Assembly: GCA_010093815.1 (NCBI GenBank)
Contig: ML996587.1
Direction: 5' to 3' (one strand)
DNA: 64,000 nt
Source of the DNA: Pseudovirgaria hyperparasitica
Lineage: Eukaryota
A program made the translations under genes and the position numbers. Under the pieces are notes generated by a model. The model was not told the DNA's origin. It ran no database searches and worked only from the letters and a program-made list of their open reading frames with translations. Below are positions 52,989 to 64,000 of this stretch, piece after piece; positions within the stretch are counted from its first letter, which is position 1; the number at the start of each line of letters is the position of its first letter.

Positions 52989-53229
52989 TATAAGGATTAT
53001 AGACCTAGGATAGTAGTCTAATAGATTATAGAAGGATTTAGAAATATATTTAAAAGAGTAGTCTACTCTTATAATAAGGTTAATTCCTAAAGAGTAGAAA
53101 TTAAGTATATATAGTCTACTTATATAGTACCCTTACTTAATCTAGCTAACTTAATCTAGATTTATCTATTATAAGACTATACTAGACTATAGAGGTCTAG
53201 TTAAGTCTATTCTAGTATTAGTTCTAATA
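52989..53229 (-). repeat. 3' LTR (241 bp)
   Basis: Direct repeat of 60757-60997. Confidence 0.9.
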
Positions 53230-56200
53230 ATATTCTTCTTCTTTTTATACTTCGCCCTAAAGTACTTAACTATATATAGATCTATAATTCTATAAGTATT
53301 ATATTTATATATATATCTAATTAAACCTATATAATATTATTAATAGCCTTTGTGTTAGTAAACTTAAAATCTTAATTTACTTTTATTAGCTTATATACGC
53401 GCTTATCTCTTACTTTCTAGCTATTACCTTAGAGGTAGCTCTATAGGTTATATAACTACTATATTAACTAAACTTATATTTAACTCTCTTATTCTAAATT
53501 TTCTTCTTTAGTATATCTATCTTACTCTTAAGATAAGTTATTAATTTATATATTATCTCCTTTAGTTTAGATTCGTTTAGATCTAGAGTAATCTATTCTT
53601 ATTAGAACTAGTTCTATATAATCTATTAAAATTATTATAGTTACTAATTTAGCTTTCTTAATTACTCTTAAGACTAAACGAGTATTCTATTCTTAGATCT
53701 CTAGCTAATATATATATATAGATATCTAATACTAGTTCTATTTCTAAGTCTATCTTCTTCTCTTATAAGACTTACTCTAAAGAAATTACCTCTATTCTAG
53801 CTATACTAGCTAAAAAGTCTACTTATTATAGTAGTATAAAGATATACTCTAAGTTAGAGAAGAACATAGCTAAGACTACTACTACTATTATTACTACTAA
53901 GATAGCTATTAGTTACTCTAATCTAGATAATTCTAATACTAGTATTATAGAAGAAGTAGCTATAAAGTCTACTTATACTTTCTTATACTATCTATCTACT
54001 CTATCTTCTTTAGAGAATAAAGAAGATCTTATTATAGATAATAATTAAGAGTTTATACTCTTACTACTCTACTCTAAATACTATTTCTCTTTTTAGTCTA
54101 ATATAGACTAACTTAATTATTCTAGATTCCTTTAGAATCTTATTATTTACTCTAAGTCTAGCTCTACTAATAATAAGATCTAGGTTACTAAAGATACTAA
54201 ATATAGTTATAGTTTATACTATAGAAAAATAGTAAACTATAGTTTAATATACTATAAGTATATTAAGACTTATATAACTAGCTCTAAATATCTCTTTTAC
54301 TCTAACTCTAGTACTAGTTATTATTCTACTAACTCTAATAGTTCTATATACTCTATCTTTACTCTATCTATCTACTACTACTACTATACTATTCTTAGTA
54401 AAGTTTATCTTTAGATAAGTCTATTAGACTATTTTAGTCTAGAGTAATCTAAAGTTATCTATACTAATATATTTTTAGATTTCTATTTATATATAAGATA
54501 TATATAATAATCTTTATATCTATAAGACTCTTAGTAGTTCTAGTAGTTATCTAGTCTTTATATATAGAGAGTTTAGAAAATACTATAAGCTCTTTCTAGA
54601 GATTATTAAAGTATAAGTTTAGAAACTATTAATTACTCTTAATCTTAGCTTATAATTTTTAGTTACTATAAGATTTCTAGTACTTAGACTATCTATTCTA
54701 AAGAGTTAGTTTTAGCTACTAAGACTATAGAAGAGATTTAGTATATCTCTTTTTATCTAACTTATACTACTAATAGATCTTATAAGAGATCTACTAGTTC
54801 TCTCTCTAAGTTACCTTATAAGAGAGTATATATTCTATTCTAGATTATTCTAGATTATATTAGCTAACTTTAGATCTAGTTACTCTAGTCTAGTATATAG
54901 TTCTTCTTCTACTAGACTCTAGTTAATTAGATAGCTAGTATCTAATCTCTACTACTATATTATCTTTTTAGATTAGTTAGTTTACTCTAAAAAGAAGAAT
55001 AAAATAAAGGAATAGCTCTATAGGTCTATATACTAGTGTTTCTATATAGTATATTATAGCTCTATCTATCTAGTTTCTATCTATTTTAGTCTTTTTTAGA
55101 CCGTTTAGATATCTACTTACTAGTTTTCTAGTAATTTAATTCTTAATTTAATAATATTATATATACTCTTATTTATTCTATAACTATTAAATTCTAGATT
55201 CTAATTTACTTTAAGTTACTTAAGTTTAGATAATATATATAAATTAGTTTATCTCTCTAAATTATATTAGAGTATCTAAACTAGTAGTCTAGTAGTTATT
55301 AGTTTAGGTACTCTAACTTTTTATATTATATATTATATATTTAATTCTATTAGAAGGTATCTTTTTAAGTTCTTAGTTCTATATTTTTCTTATATATAAT
55401 AGTCTATATTAGTCTATTCTAGACTTTTCTATATTATTCTATTATAATATATTATATTATATATCTATAATAGTTATTTATATTTTCTTCATATTTAGTA
55501 ACTATATATTACTTAAACTATAGGCCTACCCTATAGAGTTTTCCTAGTATATATTTAAGATTTATAATTTAATACTTTATTCTCTATAGTATTCTTTTTC
55601 TTTTTATAATAGCTCTAATAGTACTAGGTTTATAGTAGTAATATATTATTCTATAACCTCTATTTATATATAGATATCACGGTACTTAAGATATATACTA
55701 TAGGTTTCTAGATATTCTTATTCTTAGTATAGTTCTTCTAATAGATTTAATACTTCTAGATACTATTCTTATTAAGTCTATAATTAATAATATAGTCTAC
55801 TTTATATATATCTAGTCTATCTTAGAGTATAATAGAATATAACTATATATTTATATAATTATATATATTAGATTAAAACCTTTCGAGTAATAAGATATAG
55901 AATATATTATAGACTTTTATATTATTTTCTAGGTTAAGCTTATAGACTCTTAGACTAATATAATATTTAATTTAGAAGAGACTAGGTATTTTATAATTAA
56001 GCTTTTTATTTACTTATAATATTTATATATTATAGATATTAAGAAGAACTTTATCTTTCTTCTTATATATTTAATCTTTAACTAATCTATTATAGTACTT
56101 TATATATAACTTATTTACTTACTAGATTATTATATAATAGTTATATATAGCTTTAAAGATTTTAATTACTAGTTTCTATATATATATATATTAATATCTA

Positions 56201-59200
56201 TTATTTAGTTAAACTAGATCATATAAGGTTTAAAATCTATTCTTAGACTATATTTTAGGTTCGCCTAGAAGAGTATAACGTCTATTATACTATAATAACT
56301 ATTATTATAAGTAAATTCTACTATACTTAGTAGAGAGGCCTAGTTATCTTATTTAAAATTTTAGAATATATAAAGGTAGACCTTAAGTATTTAGTTCTAT
56401 TACTCTATCTAACTATCTATTTATAGATAGAATACTATTAATATATTTCTATTTATACTAGCTATTTTATAGAATAACATCTAGAATTTAGATATAAATA
56501 TACTTCCTTAGTCTATAATAATTCTTTTTAGTATATTATAGACCTTAATAATCTTATTCTAGAGTACTTATACTAGTTCTTTTAATATAATTATCTTCTA
56601 TATAGAGATATACCTAGATATCTTTATAAGCCTATCTATAATAATAAGAATTAAATTATAACTTATTCTAAGTATCTTACTTAGAGATAAGTTAACTATA
56701 AAATCTATAATAATATCTTTCTATATAAAGAGGGGGACTAGTAGAGACTATAAATTCCTATATAGCTTATATCTAGATACCTTTATTCTTTAATAAATCA
56801 GATAAGTAGCTATCTATTCTTTAATATACTTAGATATATCTTTCTAAAAATAGTACTAACAAATCAAGCTTAGGGTATATATATACCCAAAATATTCTAC
56901 TAGATTAGTATTATAGTATTAGCTAACTATAGTAAATTATATATTATCTATTAGTATATAGTACTTTCTATTATAGTAGAGTAAGCTATCTATAAAGGTC
57001 TACTTATAGTCTACTTTAGTCTATAATAATCTATCTTACTATATTTTATATAACTTTAAAACTATTAGATCTATCTTTTATAGATCTATAATTAACTAGA
57101 TAAGGTCTACTTAATATATCTACTAGGTACTATCGCCCTCTCTAATAGTGCTAATAAATAGCTTACTAGAGACTATAGTACCGTGTCTTTAGTTACCGGC
57201 TTCGGTCTTATAAATTTAATTACTAGTATTAATATTAGTATCTTACTAATTATTAGATAACTTATTATCTAGCCTTATCCTTAAGAGTTAGGTCTATAGC
57301 TACTCTAGAACCCTATAGCTACTATAATTCTAGGCAACTTCTTTATAGTTAGGTCTTCTTAATATTCTATTAGCTAGATTTATACTTCTAGATTAATAGT
57401 AGATTATAAAGTAGAAATTTATAAGCTACTTAGTCTATTAAATCTATTAATAATTTAAAACTATTATACTTATAAACCTCTTTAAGTTATAGTAATTAGT
57501 TAGTAACTTAATATTATATATAGTACCTTTAAGATAATATCGCTACTACTTAAATAACTCTTCTATTACTAGTAGCTCTTAGTTATAAATAGTATATCTA
57601 GTCTTAACGTTAGCTATCTTATATAGGAAGAATATAACTAGATACTATTAGATCTTTTTAGACTCTATTAGTCTAGACTAGAAGAGTATATCTAAGATTA
57701 TAAATTCTAATATATTAGTTTTAACACAAATAGATTTAGTTAGATTAAAGTATACTAGTAATAGAGTAGTTATAAATACCTCTTTAATCTTCTTAAAGGA
57801 TATTCTTTTAACCTCTATTAATTTAATAGATTATAACTTAATATTATACTATTTCTATCTATTACGGACCATAATAGATAAATTAGTAGTAGTAGTATAT
57901 ATATTAAGTAGTGCGGCTAGATAGAAGAAGTATTTAATAAATTTTTAATAGTAGTTAGCAAAGCTAATAAAGATATATATATCTTAAATAGATTTTAGTT
58001 TAGGCTATTCCACGATAGTAGTAACCCTATCTCTCTCTATAGTTATACCTTAGTTAGTAATAATAAAGCTAAGAAAGTTAATATAGTTCTAATGGAACTT
58101 ATATTTAGATAGCTTAATATATAGCTTATACTTTTCTAGTCTATCTAGAACTATATATATATACTAGATATACTTCTCCTTATTATCTAAGAAGATAAGA
58201 ATATTATCTAGGTATATAATATATATCGTATTAAGTAGGCCTACTAGCGTATTATTAATATACGCTTAGAAGATACCTAGCGCGTTAGTTAGTCTAAAAG
58301 GGACTATAGTATACTTAAAGTATCTATAACGGGTTCTAAAAGCTATTTTCTATTTATCGCCCTCCTTAATATAAAGGCGATAGTAGATATTATATAGATT
58401 AAGCTTAGTAAAGATCTTTATATATTCTAGTCTATTAATAGACTTAAAGATAAGAGGTAGTAGATAATAATTCTTTTATATAATATTATTTAGACTATAG
58501 TAGTTAATATATAGATAGAGGCTTCTATCCTTCTTCTTTATAAAGAGGATTAGAGCTCTAGCTAGAGATATACTAGGTCTAATCTATTTTTATATAAGGT
58601 TCTTTTTAATATATTCTTAAAGGACTTATAATTTAGGTTCTAAAAGAGAGTAGATAGGTCTATATAGAGGTTACTAGCCGTCTTTAAGATTAATAGTAAG
58701 ATTAGTAGATTAGTATTAAGGTAGTTAAGAGAAATTAATTACTAATATAATATATTAGTATATTTTATACTAATATAGTAGGTTTTTATCTACTTTAATA
58801 CTAAGCTTACTATTTTAGATAAGTAAGAGTATATAGATAGTAGAGATTACCTTCTTATAATGTTTATAGAATTATTTATTATTAATAATCTATACTAGTT
58901 TCTATTAAGGTAGGTTTATATACTAGCTAGCTATTTTCTTAAGAAAGTCTAGTTTTAGATTATATTTCTTAAGCTATAGTATATCTAGAATTATATTAAA
59001 GGGACTATCTACCATAATAAAGGTTAAGTAGTAGAGTTTCTATTTCTCTCCGCTATTCTAGATACTATATTTAATAGTATAGATACTATATAACTTAATA
59101 CAGCCGTTAATACTATAGAATATAGTATCTATTAGAGCTTAGATATTAATATTAAGTTCTTATACTTATTAAGTTAATATAATATTAGTAGATAAACTAC

Positions 59201-60756
59201 TATTAAGTATTACGGTCTAATATTATCTATAAGGGACCTTAATAGATCTAGTCTATAGTTTAATATACTATTTAACTAGTTATCTCTCTATTATAGTTAT
59301 ATCTATAAGTTATAAGGGTTTCTTATAGACTATTAGTTTTTTATATTCTATACTAGATAGTTAGACGCGATATATTCTAGCTACTAGCACTTATAATATA
59401 TAACTAATTAGTTAGTTATATTAGTACTTAGTAGTTTTTCTAAGTAGTACTTAGGTACTATATATTCTATTCTACTATAGATATAGTAAGTAACTTTAGA
59501 TCGTTTATATAAGTTAGTTCTTATATCTTAAGGTATTAATTAGTAGGGGGATCTATAATATAATTCTTATGGTTTTAAGTTTAAGGCGTAGTAGTAGCCT
59601 TATAATATCCCGCGAGATCTATTACTAAATTAGTTTTAGTTAGATAATTTTATATCTAATTAGATTATTAGAAATAGTTATATACTAGCACGGCGTTAGT
59701 TATTTATTATATACTAGTATTACTCTATAAGATTTATAAGAGCTTAAAGGTCTATAGAAATTATTATTATAAGGTTAAGATAGTTCTTTACGCTTAGGGT
59801 AAGGGACTATTTAAAGTCGTTATATTATTAAATTATATAATCTTCTTTAGCTTCTCTCTAGAGAGGTTAGAGATATTTAAGAAGTTATAATAGTAATTAA
59901 TTATCCCGTTATTAAGTCTTAAAGATATAACCCTAGGTCTAATCTTATCTTTCGGCTCTATCGCTAAAATATTAGAGAAGGAATTTAGTAAATGTATTCT
60001 AGTTATAGGCGTCCTTAGAATATTTAATTTAGTATACTATCTAATATTCTAAAGGCGTTAGATTAAGGTAGTTCTAGACGAATCTAATTTTATTACTATC
60101 GTTCGTAAATAGATAGAAGAATTAGCTATATTAATAAGTCTATATATAGAAACTCTTTCTACTTTTACTATTAAAGTAAGGTAGTTTCTTAGGTTAGAGT
60201 AATTAAGATAGTAGTAGACTAGAATAGACTATTTTAGTTAGTATAGATCTATATAAATATAGATTAGTTATTACTAGGACTAAAGCGTATAATATAGCTT
60301 TAAGTCTTATAGTATATTCTTAAGCTTCGTCGAGTTCACGTAGTTATTACTTAAGTTAAGTCTAATATTACCTTTCTTTATATAGTCTAGTATATATATT
60401 ATTATAAGATATAGTTAATATTAGGTAATTCTAATAGATTAAGTTATGAATATTAATAGAGTCTAGCCTCGTATTAAGGTTAGATCTAGTATAGTTTAAA
60501 CTAGACTAAGATAGAGTATAGTAGACTCTATTCTTATATTCTATAATATCTTCTATAGTTATATAGAATATTATATAAGTTATTAGTATAATAGTCTATA
60601 AGATATAGTTATTAGTAGAGGTAGTTATAGATAGACTATTCTTCTTATTTAAGTAGAAAGAAGGTCTACTATAAGAGATAGTACTATAAGTATTATAATA
60701 AGTAGTTAGAGCTATTTCTATAAACTACTATTATACTATATAAAGAGAAATTAAAA

Positions 60757-60997
60757 TATAAGAATTATAGACGTAGAATAGTAGTCTAATAGGTTATAGA
60801 AGGATTGAGAAATATATTTAAAAGGGTAGTCTACTCTTATAATAAGGTTAATTTCTAAAGAGTAGAAATTAAGTATATATAGTCTACTTATATAGTACCC
60901 TTACTTAATCTAGCTAACTTAATCTAGATCTACCTATCACGAGACCGTACTAGACTATAGTAGTCTAGTTAAGTCTATTCTAGTATTAGTCCTAATA
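60757..60997 (-). repeat. 5' LTR (241 bp)
   Basis: Direct repeat of 52989-53229. Confidence 0.9.
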
Positions 60998-61530
60998 GAT
61001 AGCTAGAAAGATAGTATAAAAATTAATTATCTCTAAAAATACTTTCTTAAATTCTATTTAAATATATATAGTCTCTATATAGAAGATTAAAAATTACTAT
61101 AGTTTTATAAAAGAGATTAAGAGAATTATAACTAATCTAGAAGATATTAAGTACTTTAAGATAGCTAATAAGAAATAGAAAAAAGACTATAATACTATAA
61201 TAAGAAGTATAATAAATATAAGATTATATAAATATTATACTATAGTCTAAAAGAGTAAGTATAGAGATACTAGTATATAATCTATATATATAAGTAGAGA
61301 TCTAAAGAAAGAATCTAGATTCTATTATAGACTAAAGAAGATATAAAAGATAAAGTAGATTAACTAGATAGATAGAAATAGAATCTATAAAAAAGAGCTC
61401 TACTACTATTATAGATTATTTAGATACTAGATTAGAAGTTATTTATATATATTAAGATTATTAATAAGTTAATTTAAATTAGTTATAAAGTATACCATTT
61501 TCTATCTATATATCTAGTTGGTTATATTTA

Positions 61531-61665
61531 NNNNNNNNNNNNNNNNNNNNNNNNNNNNNNNNNNNNNNNNNNNNNNNNNNNNNNNNNNNNNNNNNNNNNN
61601 NNNNNNNNNNNNNNNNNNNNNNNNNNNNNNNNNNNNNNNNNNNNNNNNNNNNNNNNNNNNNNNNN
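61531..61665. other. Assembly gap (135 N)
   Basis: Run of N; agttggttatattta occurs on both sides. Confidence 1.
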
Positions 61666-64000
61666 AGTTGGTTATATTTATATATCTAACTGGTTCGCTA
61701 CTATCTATAGTAATTATATATAATATATACTACTACTATAGCTATAATAAGGTACCTAAATTTAAGAAAACCTACTACTATTCTTAGTAGCTTTATATAT
61801 AATACTTAGCTAGATACGGGTTTATATCTTTATAGATACTATAGCGCGGTTAATCTATTACTAAACTAATATTAGAGAGTTTCTTAGTAGACGCGACGTG
61901 CTTTATAGTACCCTTAGAGTAATCTTATTACTTAGCTAGTAGCTTAGTAACCTTAATATCTTAATAATTATTCTAGTTAACTTATAGTATCTTACTAGTA
62001 GATAGTATACTAGTTAGTTTATATAAAGTTATTATAGTCTTATCTTATATACTATTAGAGTTATTATCTAGAAAAACTAGCCTTATAATCTTTTAGTATA
62101 TCTTATAATATAATAGTCTATTTAGTAGTAGTTTAGTAAGGTAAGATTTATACTACTTATAACTATAAGTAGCTATAGTAGTATTCTTAAGTCTAAAGCT
62201 ATAATAGTAGTAGATATTCTAGTAGTATTTAACTATTTACTTTAGTATTAACTCCTTAGTATAGAGCTTATATTTAGTATTATAGACTAGATTTAGATAT
62301 TTCTATATATACTTACTAATTTTATTATTAAATAATCTTATAGTATACTTACCGTATTTATAAATTAACTTTATAGACTTAAGAAGATTAACTACCTTCT
62401 CTAGAGGCCCTAGTTACTTAATTAGCTTATCTATCTAGTATAAGTACTATTCTAGTTCCCTATGGTTAGCTAGAGAATAAGCTAACTTACTTAGGCTAGG
62501 TAGAAGACCTAGACGGTTAACTAAATTAGACTACTTAGACTTTTATTAAAATAACTAAGATAATATTTTTAAGATAGTTAAGGTTATCTTAAGAACTAGA
62601 TAGAGCTATACTATAGTAGAATTACTATTAATTTCTTCCTTATCTAATAAGATAATGAGTTATTTCTTTATAAGCTTAGATTAGATAATAGAAGGCTCCT
62701 TCTTAATAGATGGTTTTTTAAAAACTAGACTTTCTATAACTACTCTATTAAGACTCTATATCTTTTTAGTAGTACTTACTTTCTACTAAAAATCCTAGAA
62801 TAATATAATATATATATCTAGGTTGCTCTTAACTTTAAAGAAGTCTTTAGTTATTAAAAGAGTATACTTAAATATAGGTTACTTATATCTATTTTTAACT
62901 AGGTTAATACCTTTATTACTAATAAGTTTATAGAGAGTTTTAGTTTACTTAAGAAGTATTATATATAGATTATTTCTAGTAGCTATTAGTACTAACGTTG
63001 AAAATTATACCTAGATAGCTACTATAGTTCTCTAATTAACTATATTTACCCTAATTAATAAGGTTATATTATATAGCTATTAGTAGATATTAGTAAGATA
63101 GATGTTAGTCTAGATTAATTAGTTAATAATTCTTTTAACTATATTAAGGTTATATATATAGATATCTAATATAGTCGCTTTCTTATTATCTAGCTAATCT
63201 TTCTATAGAATTATAATTAGATTAAGTCTTTATATACTAGTTTTAAAATTAATTATATAACTTAATTTAGATATAAAAAGTAATAGATTACTAATATTTA
63301 GTACTAAGCTACCCGAGTTTGTTTACTATCTACTTAACTAACTATATAGTAAGCTAAAGTCTAAATTATTAGTAGTAGTTAGTAATATAAGTAACGTAGT
63401 ATATATATAACCTAATTATTAAGATTATACTATAATTAGATTATCTACTAGACTCTTTATAGTTAGTTATATAGCGCTTATAATCTTTAATAGTTACTTA
63501 GCTAAGATACTACTATCGTTATCTTCGTACCTATATACTAGATTAATATCTAAGGGTACTATCTAAGTATAATAGTCGGTTTTATTTACTATAAGTAGCT
63601 TATCTTTAATTATCTAGGGCTTAGAATAAGTCTTCTCTAGTATCTACTAATAATATAGTAGTAATATTACTACTCTACTAAGTATAAATTAATTAAAGAT
63701 AATTATAACCTTATTATTTAAAACGCTAGGGGCTCTATATAGAAGATATCTATTCTAAAACTATCCTTCTTTTAAGAATATAGCTAGCTAGTAGATACTA
63801 ACCTCGCCCTTTCTTATAATTTATTACTCTATTATTATTATAATAATTAGTAACTTTACTTAGTTAGATAGTTAGATATTTATAGATAGCTAAGTTATAT
63901 AGTTCTCTATAATATTAATAGAATAATCTATATAAAATAGCTATAAATTATATTTTAATAGGTACCGTTATTTAGTTATAGAGAAATTATCTACTACTAG
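61666..64000. repeat. RIP-degraded repeat of unassigned family
   Basis: Strong TpA excess and CpA/TpG loss; no diagnostic motif recognised. Confidence 0.45.

Larger units (their letters stand above)
52989..60997 (-). mobile_element. Ty3/Gypsy LTR retrotransposon (8.0 kb, 241-bp LTRs), RIP-degraded
   Basis: LTRs 52989-53229 and 60757-60997; PPT complement ttcttcttc after the left LTR. RIP-reverted motifs APILFVKKKDGSLRLCVDY ~58500-58560, integrase FHPQTDGQTERQNQ ~56390-56435, chromodomain-like WKNY..NTWEP ~55700-55745. Confidence 0.85.

Noticed and set aside
61516..61680. 15-bp direct repeat flanking the gap as a TSD
   Set aside because: It abuts the Ns on both sides, more simply an unmerged contig overlap; cannot be tested here.
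61666..64000. hAT or Fot1-type transposase relic
   Set aside because: No convincing catalytic motif or terminal inverted repeat could be read through the RIP damage.

Overview
Filamentous-ascomycete DNA. About 90% is AT-rich transposon sequence degraded by repeat-induced point mutation (RIP): CpA/TpG are depleted, TpA is in excess, and TAA/TAG stops fill otherwise recognisable TE ORFs. Two GC-balanced islands carry four housekeeping genes: COQ10-like, proteasome beta-3/PUP3, DUF1640/FMP32-like and 14-3-3. Target-site duplications (TSDs) resolve a nested stack: an old LINE (7755-30982) contains a full Gypsy element (12335-30251), which contains a tRNA-headed SINE and two younger LINEs. The window also holds a further full LINE, a solo LTR, two more Gypsy elements, LINE fragments and four assembly gaps. 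Three observations stand out: (1) the tRNA-headed SINE shares its 3' end, tail and target signature with the resident LINEs; (2) the same 31-nt palindrome plus a CCCGGTATACGCCGG-type motif sits at both ends of these LINEs, just before the ORF1 start and across the ORF2 end; (3) a chimeric LINE carries 1.2 kb of unidentified 5' sequence. All calls come from reading the sequence by eye; no searches were run.
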